Assembly (NCBI GenBank): GCA_963779905.1
Contig: CAWAAF010000010.1
Coordinates: forward strand, 457,957-521,956
DNA length: 64,000 nucleotides
Source: an uncultured Chloroflexia bacterium
GTDB taxonomy: Bacteria > Chloroflexota > Limnocylindria > Limnocylindrales > CSP1-4
Direction: 5' to 3'
The translations under genes were made by a program, and so were the position numbers. Positions 11,001 to 20,811 of this stretch are shown one piece after another (the stretch's first letter is position 1; each line of letters starts with the position of its first letter). The notes beneath the pieces are model-generated. The model had not been told where the DNA came from. It worked only from the letters and a program-made list of their open reading frames with translations, and ran no database searches.

Positions 11001-12836
11001 ATGGAACCGGTCGTTGAGGTAAAGCACATCCCCAATTTCAGAGGGCTCATCTCGAATCGCCCAGATAGTCGCGCCCTGCGCGCGTCCGTGCTGTTGGCGC
11101 TGCCGTTCGCCTTGACGCTGTCGACAGCCCTGGCGCTGGGCAGTAACCACGTTCAGCACGCGCCGCTGACCGCGCTCTTCTATGGCTACTCGATCACGGT
11201 GCCCATCGCCGTCGCCGTCTACTGGTGGATGCGCCGGCCGGAGTCGGGCATGGGCAACCTGCTGTGCCTGCTCGGCTTGACCTTCGCTTTCTCGTCGCTG
11301 CAGTCGTCGGATAACTCGCTGCTATACAGCATCGGCGTGCTGGCCGATGCGCCGCTCACGCTGCTCGTGTTTGCGCTGCCGCTCGCCTATCCAAGCGGGC
11401 GGCTTTCGTCCCGTGTCGATCGCTTCCTGATGAGCTTGCTGGCCGGTGTCTTGCTCGTGGCCACCGGCGCATGGCTGCTATCGACCAAGGAGGTCGCCAG
11501 CAGCCTGCCGCTCATGGCGTGCGCAGCGGCTTGTCCGCCAAACGCCTTCCAGATGATCACGTTGCCGCCCGGCACGACCGATGTGCTGCGTCTGGTCGCC
11601 TATACGACCTTCGCGGCCATCGCGTTGGGCGTTCTGCTGAGCTTCATCGAGCGGGCTCGGCATCAGCCGGTGGCCATCCGGCACATGGCGCGCGGGTTGG
11701 CCGCAACCTCGCTCGTCGTTCTGCCGGCCTTGATGGTGTTCGTGCTCGCCAGCGCGGCACTCGCGCCGACGGACGCAATCGTGCAAACAGCTGCAGTCGC
11801 ACTCGCTGCGGCGGTCATGCTGTACCCGGTTGGTTTCGCCGTACCGTTGATCCTGGCCGACCTCGATGCGGCGGAGGCCATGCGCTCACTGTTGCATGAC
11901 CTGGCAGCCGACCCCTCCGCCAACCACTGGCGCCAGCAGCTGGCGCGCGTGCTCGAGGACCCAAGCGTCAAGGTCGGCTACTGGCGGGCAGGATCCGCGC
12001 GCTATGTCTCTGCTGATGGCACGGAGTTGGTCAAGCCCGAAGGTGACGGCCGTTACTGGATACCTGTCGAGCACGACTCGCAGCCGGTCGCCGCCATTGC
12101 CGTCGATGGCACCCTCGCCGTCGACCCTGAGCTCGAGCGCGCGCTGGCTGGCGCGACGGCCGTAGCCGTCGCCGCCGACCGGGGACGCGATGCTCGCGCC
12201 GAGCTGCAATTCCGCGCAGCCGAAGCGCCCGAATACGAGCGCGAACGCATGGCCCGCGAACTGCAGGCCGGCACTCAGCAGCGGCTGGCCGCGCTACGCG
12301 TCCAGGTGGCCATTGCCAGTGAAACGGGCGATGCTGATAGCGGGCTGGCGGAGGTCGGCCGCGACCTGGAGCGGGCGATCGCGGAACTGCGCGAGGTCAT
12401 CTGGACAGCTGAGCCAAGCGTCGTTACGCGCGGTGGCGTTGGCCGTGCACTGCGCGGCGTCCGCCAATGGGCGCCCCTGCCCATCCATGTCTTCGATCGC
12501 GAACTGCACCGCCACTCGACCGACGCCGAGATGGCCGTTTATTACTGCTGCCTGGAGGCTATCCAGAACGCGGGGAAGCACGCCGGCCTGGGCGCCACGG
12601 TCACCATCAGGCTCTCCGACGACTATCCCGATGGCATCCGTTTCACGATCAGCGATGACGGCGTGGGCTTCGATCCGGCAACCGCCCAGCGCGGAGCCGG
12701 ACTGCAAAACATGCGCGAGCGCATAACGCTCATGGGCGGGCAGCTGACCGTCGCGCGCAGGCGTGAAGGCGGCACGGTCGTTTCGGGGACGGTCCGCGAC
12801 CTGCCGCCGATGCCGATCATGGCGCCGCGGCACTGA
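11001..12836 (+). CDS. sensor histidine kinase, NarL-family type, with polytopic N-terminal membrane domain
   Basis: ORF 10938..12836 with internal ATG 11001 (MEPVV…). It has about 7 TM helices, then a HisKA_3-like region (ERERMARELQAGTQQRLAALRVQ) and HATPase_c motifs (…NAGKHAG…, DDGVGFD…GAGLQNMRERI). Confidence 0.8.
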   Translation: MEPVVEVKHIPNFRGLISNRPDSRALRASVLLALPFALTLSTALALGSNHVQHAPLTALFYGYSITVPIAVAVYWWMRRPESGMGNLLCLLGLTFAFSSLQSSDNSLLYSIGVLADAPLTLLVFALPLAYPSGRLSSRVDRFLMSLLAGVLLVATGAWLLSTKEVASSLPLMACAAACPPNAFQMITLPPGTTDVLRLVAYTTFAAIALGVLLSFIERARHQPVAIRHMARGLAATSLVVLPALMVFVLASAALAPTDAIVQTAAVALAAAVMLYPVGFAVPLILADLDAAEAMRSLLHDLAADPSANHWRQQLARVLEDPSVKVGYWRAGSARYVSADGTELVKPEGDGRYWIPVEHDSQPVAAIAVDGTLAVDPELERALAGATAVAVAADRGRDARAELQFRAAEAPEYERERMARELQAGTQQRLAALRVQVAIASETGDADSGLAEVGRDLERAIAELREVIWTAEPSVVTRGGVGRALRGVRQWAPLPIHVFDRELHRHSTDAEMAVYYCCLEAIQNAGKHAGLGATVTIRLSDDYPDGIRFTISDDGVGFDPATAQRGAGLQNMRERITLMGGQLTVARRREGGTVVSGTVRDLPPMPIMAPRH

Positions 12837-12851
12837 CGGCGAGGCCGCTCA

Positions 12852-14690
12852 ATGCTAGGCGCGTCAGCGGGCCGGGCGGTGAACGGTGGCGCAGCCTTCG
12901 CCAATCACGCACGAGCGGCCCTCACCGCCCGGGTGGCGACCCGTGACCAGCTTCAGCTCGCTGTGTGGGTGCTGTTCCCGGCGGCTGCGCTGAGTGCGGC
13001 CTGGTGGACGCTCCAGAGCAGCAACGTCGTCTTGCCCGAGGTGCGGGCGGCTTACCTCGTCTACTCAATTGCGGTGCCAAGCGTCATTGGCCTGTTGTGG
13101 TGGCGGTCGCGGCCGGCAAGTGGCGTGGGGCCGTTGCTCGTCGCGCTCGGGCTGTCGGCGTGGTTCTTGAGCTGGCAGGCGGCCAGCGAGCCGTTGGTAG
13201 TCGCGCTGGGTGTGGCGTCCACCGGCCTGGTCGCGTTCGAGATTTGCTACCTGTGCATGTCCTTCCCGACCGGCCGGCTGACCACGCGCTTCGAGCGCTG
13301 GGTGGCGCTCGGCATTGGCATCGCCCTGGCCGTAGCCTGGCTGCCGGTTTTGATTGCGCCTGATGACTCGATCAAGCTGGCGCTTTGCTCGCCCGGCTGC
13401 CAGCCCACATTGGTTGACGTCAATAGCGGCTCGGCGATGGCGACGCGCCAATTCATCATCGCGGCGACCAACATCGTCGCCGCGGCGGCGGTGCTGGCCG
13501 TCGTGGGCGCGCGCTACGTTCGCGCTTCTGCTCCGCGCCGGCGCGCTTCACTCGTCGTGCTTGGCGTTTCCGCCTTTTTCCTCATTTCGTGGATCGCCGC
13601 CTACGCCGCCCGGCTCGGCTCGCCGCTCAACGTCAACGTGGTAGCTCAAACGTCGAGCCTGCAACTGGTCGCCCGAGTCGTCCTGCCGCTGGGCTTCCTG
13701 GCGGCATTGCTCCATGCCGAGTATTACGCCGCGGGCGCCGTCCGCCGGCTGGTCGTGGGGCTTGGTAACGGCGTTTCGATGAGCCAGCTGCGGGCTGTGC
13801 TGGTGGCCGCCGTGGGCGATCCGGACCTGCGCATCGGCGTGTGGGACGGTAACTTGCGGCGCTACATCGACAGCGACGGTAGCGCTTTCAGCTGGCCCAG
13901 CGCGGGGTCGGGTCGGGCCGTGCTGCCCATCAACCGCAACGGGCAGCCCGTGGCCGCGATCGTGGCTGACGAGGCGGTGGTGGCCGAGCCGGAGCTGCGC
14001 GACGCCGCCGCCACGGCGACCGTGCTGGCCATCGACGAACAACACATCGAGAACGAGTTGATGGCGCTGCGCGCCAAGGCCGTCGCCGCCGGTGACGCCG
14101 AGCGCATGCGCATCGTGCGCGACCTCCACGACAGCGCCCAGCAGCAGCTGGTGGCGCTGCGCGTGCGCGTGGCGCTGCTGGCCGGCTCGGCGGCCGAATT
14201 CGAAGGCAAGGCAGGCGATGACCGATCGATTGGCGGCCGAACTGGATAGCTCGATTGCCGAGCTTCGCTCTCTGACCCGCCGCCTCCTTGCGCCATCGAG
14301 CATCGCGGCCGGCGTCGCGCCGGCGTTGCGCACGTGACAACCTCGTGGCCGATTGCCATCACCGTCCACGACCGCGGACTGGGCCGGTACGACGACGTCA
14401 TCGAGAAGACCGTCTTCAGCTGCTGCGTCGACGCCATCCGTAACGCTGTCGAGCACGGTGGTCAAGACGTGCGCGTGTCGGTCCGGCTGTTCGAGAAGAA
14501 CGGCTACCTGCGCTTCGTGGTGCGCGACAACGGCCGCGGTTTTGACCCGGCCGATATTCCCAGCGGATCGGGCCTGACCATGATGAACGACCGCGTCGTA
14601 CTCGCTAACGGCTGTTTGTCGGTAATCTCAGCGCGGGGGCGCGGCGCGATGGTGGTGGGCACCATCCCGGTAAACAGGGAGAGCGATTGA
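12852..14690 (+). CDS. sensor histidine kinase paralog (apparent frameshifts near 14230-14340)
   Basis: Same architecture as the upstream kinase, including the shared motif NGQPVAAI…D…L…PEL. The H-box …DLHDSAQQQLVALRV… is present. The HATPase region is in ORF 14334..14690 (…NAVEHGG…DNGRGFDP…GSGLTMMNDRV). Confidence 0.75.
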
Positions 14691-15430
14691 AGGCTTCGAC
14701 GACCTGGCGTCCTCGCGTCCAACCGGGCACGCGCGCCAACAACGACCCGATTCGAGTGGTCGTCGCAGATGACTCTTATCTGATCAGGGAAGCGATGGCT
14801 GCCGTCCTGGCGACGAGCGACCGCGTCGATGTGGTGGCCATGTGCGCTGACGGCGACAGCCTATGGGCGGCCATCGAGCGCGAAAGCCCCGACGTGGCGA
14901 TCGTCGACATCCGCATGCCCCCTTCCGGCGACCAGGAAGGCATCAACATTGCCAGCCGGCTGCGTCGCGAGCGGCCCGAAATCGGCTTGATTGCACTCAG
15001 CCAGTGGGCCGAACCGGCCATGGCCATGGCTTTTCTTCGACCCAGTCCGGAAAGCCGCGGCTACTTGCTGAAGGAGCGGCTGCACGACGGCCATGAGCTG
15101 GTCAACGCGATCGAAGTGGTCGCGGGTGGCGGCTCGGTGATCGACCCTATCGTCGTCCAACACCTGATCGATGGCGCGCGTCGCGCGCCGCGCTCGCCCG
15201 TCGACGAATTGACTCCGCGCGAGCGCGAAGTGCTGTCGCTGATGGCGCGCGGCAAGAGCAACCGCGCCATCGCCGAGGACCTGACGCTGACCAAGCGCGC
15301 GGTTGAAAAGCACGTCGGCTCGATCTTCATGAAACTCGAGCTGGACGATGAAGAGGTCGTCAGCCGGCGCGTGGCGGCGGTGCTGATGTACCTGGCCGGC
15401 ACCGGCGGCCGCCTGCCCGACGAGTCCTGA
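14687..15430 (+). CDS. two-component response regulator, NarL/LuxR family
   Basis: REC domain (VVVADDSYLIREAM…VAIVDIRMPP…) plus a C-terminal LuxR HTH (LTPREREVLSLMARGKSNRAIAEDLTLTKRAVEKHVGSIFMKL). Confidence 0.9.
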   Translation: MKASTTWRPRVQPGTRANNDPIRVVVADDSYLIREAMAAVLATSDRVDVVAMCADGDSLWAAIERESPDVAIVDIRMPPSGDQEGINIASRLRRERPEIGLIALSQWAEPAMAMAFLRPSPESRGYLLKERLHDGHELVNAIEVVAGGGSVIDPIVVQHLIDGARRAPRSPVDELTPREREVLSLMARGKSNRAIAEDLTLTKRAVEKHVGSIFMKLELDDEEVVSRRVAAVLMYLAGTGGRLPDES

Positions 15431-15585
15431 CCGTCTGGGACAGCCGGCGCAAAGTGACCTGCCCGCCAAGGGTGGCGGGCACTCTCCACGCTGGCCTGTC
15501 CGCGCCATGGCACTTGACGCTCCGGATCATCAGTTTCTGAGCATCGCGCCACTTCACGACGCGCTGCTCATCGGAGAGGGTCGAA

Positions 15586-15855
15586 ATGGACGTTGGAACC
15601 GAGGCTCGGCGCCTGGCGGGATTGGCCACCTACTTCGTGTGGGTGGGCTGGTTCTTCGTGATTTACGCACTGGTGGCCGGCATCTTCTGGTTCATTGACC
15701 TTGCCAACTCGCCCACCATCAACTGGCTGCAGGCGTTGGGATTGTCGGCCGCCGCAATTGGGGTGCCCATCTTCCTGGCCCTACTCGTGGCCGCGGTGGG
15801 TCACACGATGCGGCTGTTCGCGCTGTACGTCGGCAGCAAGTCGATGGCGAGCTAG
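15586..15855 (+). CDS. small hypothetical membrane protein (3 predicted TM)
   Basis: ORF 15586..15855; GGAGAGGG lies 6 nt upstream of the ATG. The product is hydrophobic and 89 aa long. Confidence 0.5.
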   Translation: MDVGTEARRLAGLATYFVWVGWFFVIYALVAGIFWFIDLANSPTINWLQALGLSAAAIGVPIFLALLVAAVGHTMRLFALYVGSKSMAS

Positions 15856-15878
15856 GAACAGAGCGTGGCCTACCGGCC

Positions 15879-16361
15879 ATGAAACCGGTCAAGGTCCTCG
15901 TCATCGACGACAGCGCGGTCTTCCAGGCAGCGTGTCGGGACGTGTTGCGCTGCATACCGTCGTTCGTCGAAGTCGGCCAGGCGTGGACCGGTGAAGAGGG
16001 CGTGTCGATGGCGGCCACGCTGTACCCGGACCTCGTCCTCGTCGACATCATCCTGCCCGGCATCGATGGGCTCGAAACCTGCCGGCGGCTGCGCGCCCTC
16101 AACCCACCGCCATTGGTGGTGCTGTGTTCGGTTGACGACGATCCGCGGGTGCCCGGCCTGAACCTGCCGTGTAGCGACTCGCCTTACATCAGCAAGGCCG
16201 CCTTCTCACCCAACGCCCTGCTTGACGTATGGCGCCGTCACCGTGAGACACCGGCGGACCCCATTGTTCGTGACACGGGCGCGACTCGATGCTCGGCTCG
16301 AAGCACAAGGTTTCAAGACGTTCCCAACGGAGGTTCGGTACATGTCCATGGGCCCAGTTGA
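15879..16361 (+). CDS. single-domain CheY-like response regulator (orphan)
   Basis: MKPVKVLVIDDSAVFQ…DLVLVDIILPGIDGLETCRRLRAL… is a REC domain with the phospho-acceptor Asp context. The C-terminal tail may be frame-corrupted. Confidence 0.7.
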   Translation: MKPVKVLVIDDSAVFQAACRDVLRCIPSFVEVGQAWTGEEGVSMAATLYPDLVLVDIILPGIDGLETCRRLRALNPPPLVVLCSVDDDPRVPGLNLPCSDSPYISKAAFSPNALLDVWRRHRETPADPIVRDTGATRCSARSTRFQDVPNGGSVHVHGPS

Positions 16362-16767
16362 GCTACTGGTGTTGAAGTTTCCAGGTAATCACTTCACGGG
16401 CGAGATCCTGCCCGCGCTGCGTGAGTTAGTCGACTCGGACACGATCGGCATCATCGACATCCTGCTCGCCGTGACGGACGAGGACGGCAACGTCTCGGCC
16501 ATGGAGATCAGCGACGACTCGGACGCGTATAGCGTCCTCGCGCCGGTCGTCAAGGACATCCAGGGTTTGCTGACGCCGGCCGACATCGAAGCGCTGGCCA
16601 AGCAGCTGGGCCCGAAGACGACGGCAGCCGTGATGCTGTTCGAGAACAAGTGGGCGACCAAGTTCCGGGATGCCGTCTTGAACGCGGACGGGGAAGTCGT
16701 CATGTTCGAGCGTATTCCGAAGCAGGTCCTCGACGCGATGATGGAGGAACCCGTCGCGGTGGCATGA
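16342..16767 (+). CDS. conserved hypothetical protein (DUF6325-like)
   Basis: ATG at 16342 is preceded by GGAGG. Product: MSMGPVELLVLKFPGNHFTGEILPALRELVDSDTIGIIDILLAVTDEDGNVSAMEISD…. Confidence 0.5.
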   Translation: MSMGPVELLVLKFPGNHFTGEILPALRELVDSDTIGIIDILLAVTDEDGNVSAMEISDDSDAYSVLAPVVKDIQGLLTPADIEALAKQLGPKTTAAVMLFENKWATKFRDAVLNADGEVVMFERIPKQVLDAMMEEPVAVA

Positions 16768-16812
16768 ACCGCGGCGTTCACATTCGGCTCGAGACAGAAG
16801 GGGAACTCAGAA

Positions 16813-17162
16813 ATGATGCGTAGACGCCGGGGACTGGTTGGCGCGATGGCCACCACTGCCGTCGTAGCCGGCACTGCCGGGGCAGTGCGCCACCATCAAG
16901 ATCAGAAGTACGCGAACCAGGCGGCCGAACAACAGGCCGACTCTGCGGCCGTGCAGAACCAGCAGGACATGGCCCAGATGCAGCAGCAGATGGCTGAGAT
17001 GCAGGCGCAGCAGGCCCAGCAGGCCGTGGCGCCGGCACGCCCCGGCTGCGGCGGCACCATCGCTGACCGACCAGTTGAACTCGCTGGCCCAGATGAAGGC
17101 CTCCGGCATCCTGAGTGAGGCGGAGTTCGAAGCAGCCAAGGCGAAGCTACTCGCCGGCTAGC
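16813..17162 (+). CDS. SHOCT-domain small protein with Gln-rich region (apparent frameshift near 17040)
   Basis: ORF 16813..17118, then the C-terminal …TTQLNSLAQMKASGILSEAEFEAAKAKLLAG* in another frame ending at TAG 17160-17162. A short C-terminal oligomerisation (SHOCT) motif is present. Confidence 0.5.
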
Positions 17163-17170
17163 CCCCGACC

Positions 17171-17665
17171 ATGGCTGAGCTGGTCGTCATCGGCTATCGC
17201 GACGAACGCACCGCCCAGGCGGTAATGGTCAAGCTCCACGAGCTGGAGCGAGATCTGATCGTCCAGCTGGCGGGCAGCGCCGTCGTCGTCAAAGGTTCGG
17301 ACGGCCAGCTCCACGTCACCACACCGACTCATGCGACCGGCATGGGCGCGGCGACCGGTGCGATTTGGGGCACGATCATCGGGCTGCTTTTCTTCATACC
17401 CATCGGTGGCATGCTGATCGGTGGGGCGATGGGCGCGCTCTTCGGCAAGATGAACGATCTGGGCGTGAAGGACGAGTTCAAGCAGCAGGTGAATGACCTG
17501 CTGCAGCCCGGCTCGGCCGGCGTGGTGATGCTGTTTCAGAAAGCCACGCCCGACAAGACGATGGCCGCGCTTCAACCCTTCGGCGGAACCGTGCTCAAAA
17601 CCTCACTGACCAACGAAGCCGAGCAGCATCTGCAGGAGGCACTCTCGCAGACCGCGGCCCTCTGA
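17171..17665 (+). CDS. DUF1269-family membrane protein (general stress-associated)
   Basis: MAELVVIGYRDERTAQAVMVKLHELERDLIVQLAGSAVVVKGSDGQLHV… plus a Gly-rich TM segment, which is typical of DUF1269. Confidence 0.7.
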   Translation: MAELVVIGYRDERTAQAVMVKLHELERDLIVQLAGSAVVVKGSDGQLHVTTPTHATGMGAATGAIWGTIIGLLFFIPIGGMLIGGAMGALFGKMNDLGVKDEFKQQVNDLLQPGSAGVVMLFQKATPDKTMAALQPFGGTVLKTSLTNEAEQHLQEALSQTAAL

Positions 17666-17692
17666 GCGCCCGGTCCACGCATTGAGCCTGGC

Positions 17693-17986
17693 TCAGTAGG
17701 TCTCGCGGTTCGGTACGGCGTAACGGCCGCCCCAGGCGGACGTTCCATATCCGGCCAGGTCGATCACGACTGCCAGACCAATCCAAACCCAGTCGAACCC
17801 CTGAATGCCAGTCGCCGGGTTCCATAGCAGCACGTAGAAAAGCGTCGTGAACGGCAGAAAGATGATGCCCGCTATTGCAAACAGCGGGCTGAGCGCTGCC
17901 TGGAACAGGGCCGGCCTGGCCAGCCAGATGAACAGCAGCGCGACTCGCGGAAAGAACGCCCCCAACAGTACGACCAGGCAACCCAC
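17693..17986 (-). CDS. hypothetical small membrane protein
   Basis: GTG start with GGAGGG 8 nt upstream on the reverse strand. The 97-aa product has 3 predicted TM helices. Confidence 0.45.
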   Translation of the reverse strand: MGCLVVLLGAFFPRVALLFIWLARPALFQAALSPLFAIAGIIFLPFTTLFYVLLWNPATGIQGFDWVWIGLAVVIDLAGYGTSAWGGRYAVPNRETY

Positions 17987-18133
17987 GCGCCCTACCCTCC
18001 AGCTGTCAGCCGCGCCGTCACGTCCGGAGCCGGTCGCGCTGCTCCGCCAGCGTCAGCGCTGACCGTGTCTGCGTCCAGCGGGCAGACGCACCCCCCGCGG
18101 GCTGGCACGCACCACGCCGAGGACTGGGTACGA

Positions 18134-18352
18134 CTACGCGCCGGGCAAGTGCTCCGCCGCTGCTGACTTGACCGCGCCGGCCAGGCGCCAGCCCTCAGCA
18201 GCCAGGCCGTAACCGAGCGCGCCCAGAACAACGAGCCCAGCCGACGTTGTGGCGATTGTTGTTGCGGCGTGACCTACTTGCCCGCGCCGATTGGCCCACT
18301 CTTCGGCAGCGAGAACCGAAGCGACGGCGACTCCAAGGCCCAAAAGGATCAT
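18134..18352 (-). CDS. hypothetical small membrane protein (2 TM)
   Basis: ORF only, with a hydrophobic product. It overlaps the 5' extension of the LuxR ORF, which is probably non-coding there. Confidence 0.3.
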   Translation of the reverse strand: MILLGLGVAVASVLAAEEWANRRGQVGHAATTIATTSAGLVVLGALGYGLAAEGWRLAGAVKSAAAEHLPGA

Positions 18353-18549
18353 GCGCTTGGCAGCCTAGCGCGCTGCCGGAACCCGTCGAGCAGGCGGGCA
18401 CGATATCGGCCGTCGCGCGAGCACCAACGCGAGCAGCAAGACGATCGCTAACCGGCTGGCGCGCCCGCACAGGTTTCGGCACGCCCCCCGCGGCTAGACG
18501 CGTACGCCCCATTGCCCGCATACCGTTGCGTGCCGACCCTAGGCCAGAG

Positions 18550-20811
18550 GTGACCGCAACTAGGTATGAGGTCCTGCCGCGCAGCCCCCAGCGGCGGCGC
18601 GGCGAACAACCGTTTGATCTGCCGCCGATCCTGGGTGAGGTTCCGGGTCGGCCGGGTCGAACGGTACGTCGCCACGCCCTGCTCGCGACGCTGCGCGAGG
18701 AACACGCCGCGCGCGTGACGCTGATCACCGCACCGGCCGGCAGCGGCAAGACGACGTTGCTGCGGCAATGGGCTCATGAGAATCCGCGGCCGGTGGCGTG
18801 GCTCAGCTCGACGCCAGCCTTTTCGGACCCGGTTGTTCTGGTGCGCGCGCTGGCGCAGGTGATCGGCAACGCCATGGGCGGCGCGGTGGCTGACCTACCG
18901 CCGGCGGCGCGCGGCGCGGACGCGTTCCGCAGCCTGGCTCGACTTTGCCGCGCCATCGCTCTCGACGGCCGGGCGATGCTGCTGATCGTCGACGACATCC
19001 ACGAGCTCGATGACAAGCGGGCCTTGGACGTTGTCGCCTACCTGGCCGACAACATGCCGGCCACCTGGAGCATCGGGTTCGCCACCCGGCGCACCGTGGG
19101 CCTGCCGGTTGCTCGTTGGCGCATCAACCGCAGCCTGGCCGAGCTTGGCTTCAGTGACCTCGCCATGGACCAATCCGAATGCACGCAGATGTTGCGCGAT
19201 CTCGGCCTCGACACGAGCGACGAGCTGGCCCGCGAGATCCACGAGCGCACTGAGGGCTGGGCGGCAGGCATCTACCTCGCCGGCCTCTCGCTGAAAGCCG
19301 GCCATCGCTCGACCGGGGCGGCGGTCACCGGTGACGACGACATGATCCGGACGTATCTCGAAACGGAGATCCTGGCCGGCATGGAGCCCGCCACCTACGA
19401 CATGCTCGTGCGGACGTCGGTCGTGGACGAGGTCAGCGGTCCGCTGGCCGATGCGATCACCGGCGGCAGTGGCTCGGCGGCGCGCCTCTATGAGCTCGCC
19501 CGCAGCAACCAGCTGGTTATCCCACTCGACGGTCAGCGGCGCTGGTTCCGCTACCACTACCTGCTGCGTGACCTGCTGGCGCGCCGGCTCGAGGAGCTGC
19601 CTGCCGGCGCCGCGGAGGCTCATCGCCGCGCGGCGCGCTGGTTTGAGTCGGCCGGCCGGCTGGACGACGCGATCGAGCACGCACTGGCCGCCGGCGATGC
19701 TGACGAAGCAGCGCGGCTGACGCTGTCGGCGGTTGATCCTCTTTACGCCAGTGGCGAGCTGGGCAAGGTCAGGAGATGGGTCAGCGCATTACCCGTTGAG
19801 GCGGTGGTGGCGCGCCGGTCATTGGTCCTGGTGGCTGCGCTGACCGATGCCTTCGAGGGCGATGCCAACGGCGCCAACGCGTGGGCCGACGCAGCTGGAG
19901 CTGCCAGCGCTGCGTCCGCTGGTGCAGTCGACGATGGCGGGCCGGACGAAGCCCTGCTGCGGGCCGTGCTCTGCCAGCACGGGCCGGTCCAAATGCTGCG
20001 TGCGGCGACCGATGCCCTGATCACCCACGACAGCGGCTGGCGCTGGCGTCCGCTGGCCAACCTGGCCGCCGGTGCGGCGCGAGCGATGCTCGGCGATGAG
20101 CCACTCGCCCAGGCTCAGTTTGCCGAGGCCGAACAGTCACCTCACATTGGCACCTCTATCGGGCGCTTCGCGCTGCGTGCCGAGCGCGCCCTGGCCGCGG
20201 CCGCCCTGCGCCAGTGGCCAGAGGCCGCCGCCACCCTCGCCCTCGACCGGCGCGCCATGACCGCCGACCCCTGCGCCGGTGGCGCGCTCGGCGTGCCGTG
20301 GCTCGTGGCCGACGCGCGGCTGGCCATCCATCGCGGCGACCGGCGCCTGGCGGAGCAGCGGCTCGGGCAGGCGCAGGCAACGCCGTCGCTGTTGTCGCCG
20401 GCTGTGCCTTGGCTGGCGGTGCGCACCCTGATAGAGATAGCTCGAGCGAGGCTGTTGTTGGGCGACTCACCGGCCGCCCTGGCCGCGTTGGCCAAGGCAC
20501 ACACCGTGATCGACGCCCGGCCCGAGCTGGGCAAATTGCCGGCAATCGTCGATGACGTGACCAGCGTGGCCGTTGCCAGCAGCGTCGAGAAACTGCCTGG
20601 CGGGTCGACCCTCACGGCGGCCGAATTGCGCCTGCTGCCCCTGCTCCAGACCTACCTCAACTTCGAGGAGATCGCCGAGCGGCTGGGCGTCAGCCGCAAC
20701 ACGGTCAAGACCCAGGCGATGTCGATCTACGCCAAGCTCGGCGTGACGTCGCGCGGCGAGGCCGTTAACAGCGCCGTCGGCTACGGCCTGCTCGAGGACA
20801 TCTTCGCCTAG
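18550..20811 (+). CDS. LAL/MalT-like large ATP-binding LuxR-family transcriptional regulator
   Basis: Walker A (LITAPAGSGKTTLLRQW), a TPR-like middle region and a C-terminal LuxR HTH (…LNFEEIAERLGVSRNTVKTQAMSIYAKLGV…). A GTG at 18550 is a plausible start; the ORF extends to 18247. Confidence 0.8.
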   Translation: MTATRYEVLPRSPQRRRGEQPFDLPPILGEVPGRPGRTVRRHALLATLREEHAARVTLITAPAGSGKTTLLRQWAHENPRPVAWLSSTPAFSDPVVLVRALAQVIGNAMGGAVADLPPAARGADAFRSLARLCRAIALDGRAMLLIVDDIHELDDKRALDVVAYLADNMPATWSIGFATRRTVGLPVARWRINRSLAELGFSDLAMDQSECTQMLRDLGLDTSDELAREIHERTEGWAAGIYLAGLSLKAGHRSTGAAVTGDDDMIRTYLETEILAGMEPATYDMLVRTSVVDEVSGPLADAITGGSGSAARLYELARSNQLVIPLDGQRRWFRYHYLLRDLLARRLEELPAGAAEAHRRAARWFESAGRLDDAIEHALAAGDADEAARLTLSAVDPLYASGELGKVRRWVSALPVEAVVARRSLVLVAALTDAFEGDANGANAWADAAGAASAASAGAVDDGGPDEALLRAVLCQHGPVQMLRAATDALITHDSGWRWRPLANLAAGAARAMLGDEPLAQAQFAEAEQSPHIGTSIGRFALRAERALAAAALRQWPEAAATLALDRRAMTADPCAGGALGVPWLVADARLAIHRGDRRLAEQRLGQAQATPSLLSPAVPWLAVRTLIEIARARLLLGDSPAALAALAKAHTVIDARPELGKLPAIVDDVTSVAVASSVEKLPGGSTLTAAELRLLPLLQTYLNFEEIAERLGVSRNTVKTQAMSIYAKLGVTSRGEAVNSAVGYGLLEDIFA

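Noticed and set aside
20808-20811. Overlap of the LuxR-regulator and PPK2 stop codons as a mis-call
   Set aside because: The genes are convergent and the 4-nt overlap of their stops is sequence-consistent, so both calls were kept.
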